Assembly: GCA_964016885.1 (NCBI GenBank)
Contig: OZ024751.1
Location: forward strand, 620,001 to 684,000
Length of the DNA: 64,000 nucleotides
Direction: 5' to 3'
Origin: Eledone cirrhosa
Lineage: Eukaryota
Part shown: positions 44,801-59,163 of the stretch, piece by piece
Numbering within the stretch: the stretch's first letter is position 1
Layout: each line of letters starts with the position of its first letter
Translations under genes and position numbers: made by a program
The notes under the pieces: model-generated
Database searches by the model: none
Seen by the model: the letters and a program-made list of their open reading frames with translations, nothing else
What the model was told of the DNA's origin: nothing

Positions 44801-47800
44801 ACACCACCACAACCCTCAACAACAACCAACACCACCACCACCACCCTCAACAACAACAACCGACACCACCTCAACAACAACCACCACCACCACCAACCCT
44901 CAACAACAACCGACACCACCACCACCACCCTCAACAACAACCGACACCACCACCACCACCCTCAACAACAACCGACACCATCACCACCACCCTCAACAAC
45001 AACCGACACCACCACCACCCTCAACAACAACCGACACCACCACAACCCTCAACAACAACCGACACCATCACCACCACCCTCAACAACAACCGACACCATC
45101 ACCACCACCCTCAACAACAACCGACACCACCACAACCCTCAACAACAACCGACACCACCACCACCACCCTCAACAACAACCGACACCACCACCACCCTCA
45201 ACAACAACCGACACCACCACACCCTCAACAACAACCGACACCACCACCACCCTCAACAACAACCGACACCACCACAACCCTCAACAACAACCAACACCAC
45301 CACCACCCTCAACAACAACCGACACCATCACCACCACCCTCAACAACAACCGACACCATCACCACCACCCTCAACAACAACCGACACCACCACAACCCTC
45401 AACAACAACCAACACCACCACCACCCTCAACAACAACCGACACCATCACCACCACCCTCAACAACAACCGACACCACCACCACCCGTCAACAACAACCGA
45501 CACCACCACAACCCTCAACAACAACCGACACCATCACCACCACCCTCAACAACAACCGACACCCATCACCACCACCCTCAACAACAACCGACACCACCAC
45601 AACCCTCAACAACAACCAACACCACCACCACCACCCTCAACAACAACCGACACCACCACCACCCTCAACAACAACCGACACCACCACAACCCTCAACAAC
45701 AACCGACACCACCACCACCCTCAACAACAACCGACACCACCACAACCCTCAACAACAACCAACACCACCACCACCCTCAACAACAACCGACACCATCACC
45801 ACCACCCTCAACAACAACCAACACCACCACCACCCTCAACAACAACCGACACCATCACCACCACCCTCAACAACAACCGACACCACCACCACCCTCAACA
45901 ACAACCGACACCACCACAACCCTCAACAACAACCAACACCACCACCACCCTCAACAACAACCGACACCATCACCACCACCCTCAACAACAACCGACACCA
46001 CCACCACCCTCAACAACAACCGACACCACCACAACCCTCAACAACAACCGACACCACCACCCTCAACAACAACCAACACAACCACCACCCTCAACAACAA
46101 CCAACACCACCACCACCACCACCCTCAACAACAACCAACACCACCACCCTCAACAACAACCAACACAACCACCACCCTCAACAACAACCAACACCACCAC
46201 CACCACCACCCTCAACAACAACCGACACCACCACCCTCAACAACAACCAACACAACCACCACCCTCAACAACAACCAACACCACCACCACCACCACCCTC
46301 AACAACAACCAACACCACCACTACCACCCTCAACAACAACCGACACCACCACCACCACCCTCAACAACAACCGACACCACCACCACCCTCAACAACAACC
46401 AACACCACCACCACCACCCTCAACAACAACCGACACCACCACCACCACCCTCAACAACAACCAACACCACCACCACCACCCTCAACAACAACCAACACCA
46501 CCACCACCCTCAACAACAACCGACACCACCACCTCCACCCTCAACAACAACCAACACCACCACCATCACCTTCAACAACAACCACCACCACCACCACCCT
46601 CAACAACAACCGACACCACCACCACCACCCTCAACAACAACCGACACCACCACCACCACCCTCAACAACAACCAACACCACCACCATCACCCTCAACAAC
46701 AACCACCACCACCACCACCCTCAACAACAACCAACACCACCACCACCACCCTCAACAACAACCGACACCATCACCACCACCCTCAACAACAACCGACACC
46801 ACCACCACCCTCAACAACAACCGACACCACCACCACCCTCAACAACAACCGACACCACCACCACCCTCAACAACAACCGACACCATCACCACCACCCTCA
46901 ACAACAACCGACACCACCACCACCCTCAACAACAACCGACACCACCACCACCCTCAACAACAACCGACACCATCACCACCACCCTCAACAACAACCGACA
47001 CCACCACCACCCTCAACAACAACCGACACCACCACAACCCTCAACAAGAAGCAACACCACCACCACCACCCTCAACAACAACCGACACCACCACCACCCT
47101 CAACAACAACCGACACCACCACAACCCTCAACAACAACCACCACCACCACCACCCTCAACAACAACCAACACCACCACCACCACCCTCAACAACAACCGA
47201 CACCATCACCACCACCCTCAACAACAACCGACACCACCACCACCCTCAACAACAACCGACACCACCACAACCCTCAACAACAACCGACACCATCACCACC
47301 ACCCTCAACAACAACCGACACCATCACCACCACCCTCAACAACAACCGACACCACCACCACCCTCAACAACAACCGACACCACCACAACCCTCAACAACA
47401 ACCGACACCATCACCACTACCCTCAACAACAACCGACACCATCACCACCACCCTCAACAACAACCGACACCACCACAACCCTCAACAACAACCAACACCA
47501 CCACCACCACCCTCAACAACAACCGACACCACCACCACCCTCAACAACAACCGACACCACCACAACCCTCAACAACAACCAACACCACCACCACCCTCAA
47601 CAACAACCGACACCATCACCACCACCCTCAACAACAACCGACACCATCACCACCCTCAACAACAACCGACACCACCACCACCCTCAACAACAACCGACAC
47701 CACCACAACCCTCAACAACAACCAACACAACCACCCTCAACAACAACCAACACCACCACCACCCTCAACAACAACCGACACCATCACCACCACCCTCAAC

Positions 47801-50800
47801 AACAACCGACACCACCACCACCCTCAACAACAACCGACACCACCACAACCCTCAACAACAACCAACACCACCACCACCCTCAACAACAACCGACACCATC
47901 ACCACCACCCTCAACAACAACCGACACCATCACCACCACCCTCAACAACAACCGACACCACCACCACCCTCAACAACAACTGACACCACCACAACCCTCA
48001 ACAACAACCGACACCACCACCCTCAACAACAACCAACACAACCACCACCCTCAACAACAACCAACACCACCACCCTCAACAACAACCAACACAACCACCA
48101 CCCTCAACAACAACCAACACCACCACCACCACCACCCTCAACAACAACCGACACCACCACCCTCAACAACAACCAACACAACCACCACCCTCAACAACAA
48201 CCAACACCACCACCACCCTCAACAACAACCAACACCACCACCACCACCCTCAACAACAACCGACACCACCACCACCCTCAACAACAACCGACACCACTAC
48301 CACCCTCAACAACAACCAACACCACCACCACCCTCAACCACAACCGACACCACTACCACCACCCTCAACCACAACCACCACTACCACCACCCTCAACAAC
48401 AACCACAACCACCACCCTCAACAACAACCGACACGACTACCACCACCCTCAACCCAACCACCACCACCACCACCCTCAACAACAACCACAACCACCACCC
48501 TCAACAACAACCAACACAACCACCACCCTCAACAACAACCAACACAACCACCACACTCAACAACAACCACACCACCACCACCACCCTCAACAACAACCAA
48601 CACCAACATCACCACCCTCAACAACAACCAACACCAACATCACCACCCTCAACAACAACCGACACCACCACCACCCTCAACAACAACCGACACCACCACC
48701 ACCCTCAACAACAACCAACACCACCACCACCACCACCCTCAACAACAACCGACACCACCACCACCCTCAACAACAACCAACACAACCACCACCCTCAACA
48801 ACAACCAACACCACCACCACCCTCAACAACAACCAACACCACCACCACCACCCTCAACAACAACCGACACCACCACCACCCTCAACAACAACCGACACCA
48901 CTACCACCCTCAACAACAACCAACACCACCACCACCCTCAACAACAACCAACACCACCACCACCACCCTCAACAACAACCGACACCACCACCACCCTCAA
49001 CAACAACCAACACCACCACCACCCTCAACAACAACCGACACCACCACCACCCTCAACAACAACCAACACCACCACCACCACCCTCAACAACAACCGACAC
49101 CACCACCACCACCCTCAACAACAACCAACACCACCACCACCCTCAACAACAACCGACACCACCACCACCACCCTCAACAACAACCAACACCACCACCACC
49201 ACCCTCAACAACAACCAACACCACCACCACCCTCAACAACAACCGACACCACCACCACCCTCAACAACAACCGACACCATCACCACCACCCTCAACAACA
49301 ACCGACACCACCACCACCCTCAACAACAACCGACACCACCACAACCCTCAACAACAACCGACACCATCACCACCACCCTCAACAACAACCGACACCATCA
49401 CCACCACCCTCAACAACAACCAACACCACCACCACCCTCAACAACAACCAACACCACCACCACCACCCTCAACAACAACCGACACCACCACCACCCTCAA
49501 CAACAACCGACACCACCACAACCCTCAACAACAACCAACACCACCACCACCCTCAACAACAACCGACACCATCACCACCACCCTCAACAACAACCGACAC
49601 CACCACCACCCTCAACAACAACCGACACCACCACAACCCTCAACAACAACCGACACCACCACCCTCAACAACAACCAACACAACCACCACCCTCAACAAC
49701 AACCAACACCACCACCACCACCACCCTCAACAACAACCAACACCACCACCCTCAACAACAACCAACACAACCACCACCCTCAACAACAACCAACACCACC
49801 ACCACCACCACCCTCAACAACAACCGACACCACCACCCTCAACAACAACCAACACAACCACCACCCTCAACAACAACCAACACCACCACCACCACCACCC
49901 TCAACAACAACCGACACCACCACAACCCTCAACAACAACCGACACCATCACCACCACCCTCAACAACAACCGACACCATCACCACCACCCTCAACAACAA
50001 CCGACACCACCACCACCCTCAACAACAACCGACACCACCACAACCCTCAACAACAACCGACACCACCACCACCCTCAACAACAACCGACACCATCACCAC
50101 CACCCTCAACAACAACCGACACCACCACCACCCTCAACAACAACCGACACCACCACCACCCTCAACAACAACCGACACCACCACAACCCTCAACAACAAC
50201 CGACACCATCACCACCACCCTCAACAACAACCGACACCACCACAACCCTCAACAACAACCAACACCACCACCACCACCCTCAACAACAACAACCGACACC
50301 ACCTCAACAACAACCACCACCACCACAACCCTCAACAACAACCGACACCACCACCACCACCCTCAACAACAACCAACACCACCACCACCACCCTCAACAA
50401 CAACCGACACCATCACCACCACCCTCAACAACAACCGACACCACCACCACCCTCAACAACAACCGACACCACCACAACCCTCAACAACAACCGACACCAC
50501 CACAACCCTCAACAACAACCGACACCATCACCACCACCCTCAACAACAACCGACACCATCACCACCACCCTCAACAACAACCGACACCATCACCACCACC
50601 CTCAACAACAACCAACACCACCCCACCCTCAACAACAACCGACACCACCACAACCCTCAACAACAACCAACACCACCACCACCACCCTCAACAACAACCG
50701 ACACCACCACCACCCTCAACAACAACCGACACCACCACAACCCTCAACAACAACCAACACCACCACCACCCTCAACAACAACCGACACCGTCACCACCAC

Positions 50801-53800
50801 CCTCAACAACAACCGACACCATCACCACCCTCAACAACAACCGACACCACCACCACCCTCAACAACAACCGACACCACCACAACCCTCAACAACAACCAA
50901 CACAACCACCCTCAACAACAACCAACACCACCACCACCCTCAACAACAACCGACACCATCACCACCACCCTCAACAACAACCGACACCACCACCACCCTC
51001 AACAACAACCGACACCACCACAACCCTCAACAACAACCAACACCACCACCACCCTCAACAACAACCGACACCATCACCACCACCCTCAACAACAACCGAC
51101 ACCATCACCACCACCCTCAACAACAACCGACACCACCACAACCCTCAACAACAACCGACACCACCACAACCCTCAACAACAACCGACACCACCACCCTCA
51201 ACAACAACCAACACAACCACCACCCTCAACAACAACCAACACCACCACCCTCAACAACAACCAACACAACCACCACCCTCAACAACAACCAACACCACCA
51301 CCACCACCACCCTCAACAACAACCGACACCACCACCCTCAACAACAACCAACACAACCACCACCCTCAACAACAACCAACACCACCACCACCCTCAACAA
51401 CAACCAACACCACCACCACCACCCTCAACAACAACCGACACCACCACCACCCTCAACAACAACCGACACCACTACCACCCTCAACAACAACCAACACCAC
51501 CACCACCCTCAACCACAACCGACACCACTACCACCACCCTCAACCACAACCACCACTACCACCACCCTCAACAACAACCACAACCACCACCCTCAACAAC
51601 AACCGACACGACTACCACCACCCTCAACCACAACCACCACCACCACCACCCTCAACAACAACCACAACCACCACCCTCAACAACAACCAACACAACCACC
51701 ACCCTCAACAACAACCAACACAACCACCACACTCAACAACAACCACACCACCACCACCACCCTCAACAACAACCAACACCAACATCACCACCCTCAACAA
51801 CAACCAACACCAATATCACCACCCTCAACAACAACCGACACCACCACCACCCTCAACAACAACCGACACCACCACCACCCTCAACAACAACCAACACCAC
51901 CACCACCACCCTCAACAACAACCGACACCACCACCACCCTCAACAACAACCAACACAACCACCACCCTCAACAACAACCGACACCACCACCACCACCCTC
52001 AACAACAACCAACACCACCACCACCACCCTCAACAACAACCGACACCACTACCACCCTCAACAACAACCAACACCACCACCACCCTCAACCACAACCGAC
52101 ACCACTACCACCACCCTCAACAACAACCGACACCACCACCACCCTCAACAACAACCGACACCACTACCACCCTCAACAACCACCAACACCACCACCACCC
52201 TCAACCACAACCGACACCACTACCACCACCCTCAACAACAACCAACACCACCACCACCCTCAACAACAACCGACACCACCACCACCCTCAACAACAACCA
52301 ACACCACCACCACCACCCTCAACAACAACCGACACCATCACCACCCTCAACAACAACCGACACCACCACCACCACCCTCAACAACAACCAACACCACCAC
52401 CACCCTCAACAACAACCAACACAACCACCACCCTCAACAACAACCGACACCACCACCACCACCCTCAACAACAACCAACACCACCACCACCACCCTCAAC
52501 AACAACCAACACCACCACCACCCTCAACAACAACCAACACCGCCACCACCACCCTCAACAACAACCAACACCACCACCACCCTCAACAACAACCAACACA
52601 ACCAACACCCTCAACAACAACCGACACCACCACCACCACCCTCAACAACAACCGACACCACCACCACCCTCAACAACAACCACCACCACCATCACCCTCA
52701 ACAACAACCAACACCACCACCACCCTCAACAACAACCAACACCACCACCACCCTCAACAACAACCGACACCACCACAACCCTCAACAACAACCACCACAA
52801 CCCTCAACAACAACCACCACCACCATCACCCTCAACAACAACCACCACCACCACCACCCTCAACAACAACCAACACCACCACCACCACCCTCAACAACAA
52901 CCAACACCACCACCACCCTCAACAACAACCAACACAACCACCACCCTCAACAACAACCGACACCACCACCACCACCCTGAACAACAACCAACACCACCGC
53001 CACCCTCAACAACAACCGACACCACCACCACCCTCAACAACAACCAACACCACCACCACCCTCAACAACAACCAACACAACCACCACCCTCAACAACAAC
53101 CGACACCACCACCACCACCCTGAACAACAACCAACACCACCACCACCACCCTCAACAACAACCAACACCACCACCACCCTCAACAACAACCAACACAACC
53201 ACCACCCTCAACAACAACCGACACCACCACCACCCTCAACAACAACCAACACCACCACCACCCTCAACAACAACCAACACAACCATCACCCTCAACAACA
53301 ACCACCACCACCACCACCCTCAACAACAACCAACACCACCACCACCCTCAACAACAACCAACACCACCACCACCCTCAACAACAACCAACACCAACATCA
53401 CCCTCAACAACAACCGACACCACCACCACCACCCTCAACAACAACCAACACCACCACCACCCTCAACAACAACCGACACCACCACCACCCTCAACAACAA
53501 CCGACACCACCACAACCCTCAACAACAACCAACACCAACATCACCCTCAACAACAACCGACACCACCACCACCACCCTCAACAACAACCAACACCACCAC
53601 CACCCTCAACAACAACCGACACCACCACCACCCTCAACAACAACCGACACCACCACAACCCTCAACAACAACCAACACCAACATCACCCTCAACAACAAC
53701 CGACACCACCACCACCACCCTCAACAACAACCGACACCACCACCACCCTCAACAACAACCGACACCACCACCACCCTCAACAACAACCGACACCACCACA

Positions 53801-54310
53801 ACCCTCAACAACAACCACCACCACCACCACCCTCAACAACAACCGACACCACCATCACCCTCAACAACAACCGACACCACCACCACCCTCAACAACAACC
53901 GACACCACCACCACCCTCAACAACAACCGACACCACCACCACCACCCTCAACAACAACCAACACCAACATCACCCTCAACAACAACCGACACCACCACCA
54001 CCACCCTCAACAACAACCGACACCACCACCACCCTCAACAACAACCGACACCACCACCACCCTCAACAACAACCGACACCACCACAACCCTCAACAACAA
54101 CCACCACCACCACCACCCTCAACAACAACCGACACCACCATCACCCTCAACAACAACCGACACCACCACCACACTCAACAACAACCGACACCACCACCAT
54201 CACCCTCAACAACAACAAACGCCACCACCACCCTCAACAACAACCACCACCACCACCATCACCCTCAACAACAACCGCCACCACCACCACCCTCAACAAC
54301 AACCAACAAC
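14857..54310. repeat. ~39.5-kb satellite, unit TCAACAACAACC(A/G)A(CAC)nCC of 28+/-3n bp (roughly 1,350 units), with higher-order duplications
   Basis: Continuous periodicity with measured units of 28 and 31 bp. The + strand is almost only C and A. It decays into simple CAC/TAC/CAT repeats up to ~54575. Confidence 0.98.
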
Positions 54311-55019
54311 ATCGCCACCACGGCGCCAACCACTTCACCGCTACTACTACCACCCCTACCACTACCATCTCTCTATTTATGTTAGAAATTGTTAACATTA
54401 TTGTTATTGTTTGTTATACACCATTGCCACTACGCCACCACCTCCATAACTACCACCACGGTCACCATTTCCATAACTACCACCACAACTATCATCTCCT
54501 TCACTACTACCACCGCCACCATCGACATTATTATCAATACCATCCCCCCCCCCCCCCACCACCACCACCATCACTAAGTCTGCTGTCGTACAGTAACAAG
54601 GCAGCTGGCGTTGAAGGTTATATTATTATTCTTACTATATTTCATCTAAAAGGAGATCTGATGCTATCTTGACTTTCACCAAACTCTCTCAGTCTGCAAC
54701 TCTTCTTATATTCTTAACAATGTGACGGCTTTTTCTCTTCTTTTGTCGCTTGGTTTTGTTGTTGTGGTTGTTAACAACAGACCTCCACCACCACCAACCG
54801 TGTTATCACCAGTACTACCATTACTAATGTTACAACTGTTACTAACAAAAACGTAAAAATAGTGATAATAGTAATAATAATAATAATAGTAGTAATGGAG
54901 GTGGTAACTGTGGTGCATTGTAACTTTTTAATTGTTTTTTAACAAAGCACTAGGTATTCACCCTTCGCCATGAAACTATACCCGAATGCTATGGTGTATG
55001 TATGTATATATCTTTACTA

Positions 55020-55022
<3 letters not shown>

Positions 55023-55106
<84 letters not shown>

Positions 55107-55115
55107 TACATACAT
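55023..55115. repeat. Compound microsatellite (TC)n(TA)n(CA)n
   Basis: Direct reading. One of many dinucleotide tracts in the window. Confidence 0.9.
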
Positions 55116-56441
55116 ACTAGCAGTTGAGACAGCAAGAGCTCAGTCGCCGGGTCCCCGACTCTCTGTAATATATATCTATTGTTTCACTTCTCTCTCTCTG
55201 TATATATATCACTGTAATATCTATCAGCTATACATTGGGTAACCAACATGTAATGAGTATGAATCAGTTTTCTCCTGTTCTATAAAATGGAGTGTTGTAT
55301 TTGATGTTAGATGGTAGAGAAATAAATAAATAAAGCTTTTCGTGAATAGAAAGAGTAAGAGAAGTAATACAATAGGAAAGTGAGTTGTGTGTGTTTGAGA
55401 GAAACAGTGTTGTGTTTGTGAGAGAGAGACAAAGAGAAAGTTGTGTGTGTGTTTGAGAGAGAGAGAGACAGAGTTGTTTGTGAGTGAGAGAGAGAAAGAC
55501 ACAGAGTTGTGTGTGTGTGTGAGAGCGAGATAGAGTTGTTTTTGTTTGAGAGAGAGAGTTGTGTGTGAAGTGAAGTAGCTTTGCTTGTGTTGGTAGTTAG
55601 GCAGGCAGCTGTCTACTGCTGCTTGTGTTCTACTTAATATGAAAACCAAACCAACCAACCAACCATTACACCAGCCAACCAACCAGTCAGCCTGGCTGTT
55701 GTTTGTTGTTGTTTACAGTTAAAACTGCTTGTCGATATAACAACCCTGTTGTTAGGCTTACTCTCAGAGAGTGGCGGCAGTCAGTTAGTTGTGTTGGTGG
55801 CCAGCTAGCTATATACCAGTCAGTACACATCGATTTACTGCACAGTCTGACCTAAATATATACATACACACATATATAATATATATACACACATATATAC
55901 AGCACATACACCATGATAGAACAACTATAAACAACGCACAGCAGAAACACAAGCTCGAGAAGGTTCGACAACGTTGGCGGCGGTGAACGCAGTAATATAG
56001 ATTTTGTCAAGTTGTGGATTTTTGGTTAGAATTTTCTCAGCGCCCAGCTTTAGCATAACATAGCTTAGCTTAGCTTAGATTTCTCTCCCCTCAACACAAA
56101 CCAAATCAAGTGAAATTTGTGTCTATATCTCTGACACAACCACAACAGCTGCCATACGAACAAGTTTTATGGTAGCAGTCGGTTCAAACATTTTTTTCTC
56201 TCTCATTTTCTTATTTACACAACAGACTTGCTTAAATTCACAATTAATATATTACATCAAAACCAGTCGAAAGTCTTGATGTTGCATCGTTTCGCCCTTG
56301 GGGCAAATTCTATTTCACAACTCGACACAACAAGGTGAATTTATTTAGAAACTATTAAATCGGATTAACAATTCGTGTTGCCAACGTGGCTGACACACAA
56401 CTACAGAGAAGCTTTGTGTAGAGTGCCTTTGTTGTGACATC

Positions 56442-56453
56442 CAAAATGGCCGA
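56442..56453 (+). promoter_or_regulatory. YY1-type motif / strong Kozak context overlapping the start codon (CAAAATGGCCGA)
   Basis: Matches the AANATGGC consensus at ATG 56446. Motif match only. Confidence 0.35.
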
Positions 56454-57657
56454 CCCTCCGTTTGTTGGAGACATTACTACATCTTCTGTAGACGGTGGCT
56501 TGTACCTCACAACAGCTTTGAACAACGAAGAAATCGAAGGTTTACTAACAAGAGACTCCAAATCCAGTCAACAGGCCGAAAAATATGCAGTGTTGAAATT
56601 CCGCCACTATCTGACCAAGCGAGGTGAACCGTTATCTTTAGAAAATTTGTCCTACCATGTAACCAGTGGTGACATGCCTGCTAAGGAACGACTTTTAACC
56701 TATTTGACCACCTTCTTCAACGATCTCAGACGAACTGATGGCAGTAAATATAAATTCAATGCCCTGAGAAGCATTCGTTACGCATTGAATCGCTTCACTT
56801 TGAAGTTTGGAGTTGATTTTCTCAACGATGCTTATCTGAAAAAACCATTAAACGATGCATGGATGGCGTTGGGCGAATGCCTGAAGCTGGAAGGTAAAGC
56901 TGATGTACAACATCATGATATTTTATCGTTGGAAGAAGTTAAAAAAGCCTATGCCTGGTGTAACCATAATCTTTCCGATCCCGATCGACTTCAGAAGAGA
57001 GTTTTCATGGATATTTACCTCTACTTTGGACGTCAGTGCCGGCAGAATTTACCACACCTGACTAAAGATAATTTCGGCATGGATGTCGATGTTAACAACC
57101 AACGTTATGTTTACTTTATCGATAAAGGCGGCGACCCAACCCGTAAAGGTAATGCTCAGTTAGTGATGAAAGAACGCGTAGGGTTTGCTAACTGTCCCGT
57201 TAAGATGTTCCTAAAATATGTTTCCAAGTTAGATCCACACTACCCGAGGTTCTTCTGCCACCAAAAGCTAAACGTCGACCCGCTCTACCACACGGTTTGG
57301 TACACAAAACAACCGATGGGCGAGAAGAGAATGGCAGAGTTTATGAAATCCATCTCGAACGACGCCGGTTTGTCTAAAGTTTACACGAACCATTGCTTGC
57401 GTTCCACACTGCTCTACCTAATGGAAGAAGGTGGGTTGGAAGCTAAGGACGTCAGTCGACTGACCTGTAGTCAAGCACCTCATGAAGGGCCCATAGCCGA
57501 AGTCCTATCAGCAGCAGCACTACCACCACTACTACCACAACAACCATCATCATCAGCACAACGTCCCTTACATACCCAACATGCCACTTCCTCCACCACC
57601 AACACATGGTCCTCTCACTCTGTCACTTCACTTCACAGTCGGAATAAATCGTCTCAG
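56446..57657 (+). CDS. Coding exon: DUF3504 / Crypton tyrosine-recombinase-derived domain protein, copy B; probably spliced at 57658
   Basis: Intact ORF (56434-57669, ATG 56446). Motifs: FFNDLRRTDGSKY..SIRYALNR, LKLEGKA, YFGRQCRQNL, CPVKMF, WYTKQPMG, LSKVYTNHCLRST. Perfect donor CAG|GTAAGT at 57657/57658, phase 0, three codons before the stop. Confidence 0.87.
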
Positions 57658-58069
57658 GTAAGTCGCTAACAACACATTTACCCTCACCTTCCACTATCAC
57701 TTGCTTCTTCTTTAAGCCACCCCGACAACCTTGTATGTCACTGCACACACACACTATGATATATGTATGTTGTATATCACCCATATATGGAGCCTCTATT
57801 TTCTCTAAATAAAGGAAGGTAACTCTAACATCAATTTCACAAGTCAGGCACATTTCTAGTAAATTCTTAACACCTAATACCTATGTAGTGGTACCCTGGC
57901 ATCGTTGATTCGATTCAATGTCAAGCTTGACTGAACAGATCTGTGGCTAAGGGTGTTTCCTGCTGTATCCAACCCGTCTTTTATTTTTTACGGTTGATGT
58001 GATTTGATTCGACGGAAATTTGGCTGCTATTTCTAGCAGCTCCTCTTCCCAAGCTGGTTCGAGTTTTCT

Positions 58070-58740
58070 GTGATACTTTGATAAGCTACTATCGTGTCAT
58101 ACCCTGTTGTTTTTACTGCAGTACCCTGATAGTACGCCGATATATTTACTGTGATACCCATCTATGTCATGTGTGGTACACTGTTGTATTTGCTCTGATA
58201 TCCCAGGTTATTTATTGTGATCTGTTGTATCTTGTCTGGTACCCAGTTATCTACTGCGATACCCTGGCTGTAGTACCCCGATATATCTTCTGCGGGACCC
58301 TCATATCTCAGCTGTAGTACCCCGATATATCAACTGTGATACCCTGATATATCAGCTGTGGTACCTCGATTTATTTATTGATACCTTGCTGTACCTTGTC
58401 TGGTACCCGGATTTATTTATTGTGGTATCCTGATATATCATCTGTTGTATCTTCTCTGATATCCCGAGTTATTTATTTCTTTGATATCTCGAGTTATTTA
58501 TTGTGATCTGTTGTATCTTGTCTGGTACGCCGATTTATCTACTATGGTACTCCGATATATCAGCTGTGGTACCTTCATATATCAGCTGTGGTACTCCGAT
58601 ATATCAGCTGTGGTACTCCGATATATCAGCTGTGGTACCTTGATATATCAGCTGTGGTACTCCGATATATCAGCTGTGGTACCCTGATATATCAGCTGAG
58701 GTACCCTGATATATTTACTGTGGTTCCCCGATTTATCTAT
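58070..58740. repeat. 22-bp minisatellite GATATATCAGCTGTGGTAC(TCC/CCT), degenerate at the left and homogeneous at 58554-58710
   Basis: About seven clean units preceded by decayed copies. Confidence 0.9.
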
Positions 58741-59163
58741 ATTTTATCTGTTTTCTATTACTTAAACATACCTGGTTACCGTAGTTTTAGTGATACACCC
58801 TATATTATAGTTTGTATTCTTACCTCTGTATTCTCTAGCACACACACCCCTGAAGTATACCCCTCCTCCCAAAGTAGGCCTATACTACTCAGGTAGTTGT
58901 GGTTTGTTGGTCAGGATACCTATCAATCAATCCACAAAATGAAACCACCAACTGAACTTGTTATTCCGATGATTAAATATATCTCTTCCTGGGTCACTTT
59001 TACGACACACATTTCTCTATATATTTATTTTAAAGACTTTACATAAAGGGATACATAATTTGGATTAGGGGTAAAGAAAATTCGATCTTGGTAGTGTTTG
59101 TGAGTTAAAAGAGTTAAGGAAAGTTTCTTGTAAGTTTTGTAAAACAAATTATTATTGTTGAAG

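Noticed and set aside
14857-54310. Interstitial telomere (TGAGGG on the minus strand in each unit)
   Set aside because: Only one variant hexamer per unit and no tandem TTAGGG; the unit is better explained by CAA/CAC triplets.
7030-57669. Active Crypton transposons, or one recombinase-bounded mobile unit carrying the satellite
   Set aside because: Both ORFs lack the catalytic Tyr box, are highly diverged from each other, end at splice donors, and show no shared terminal repeats that I could see.
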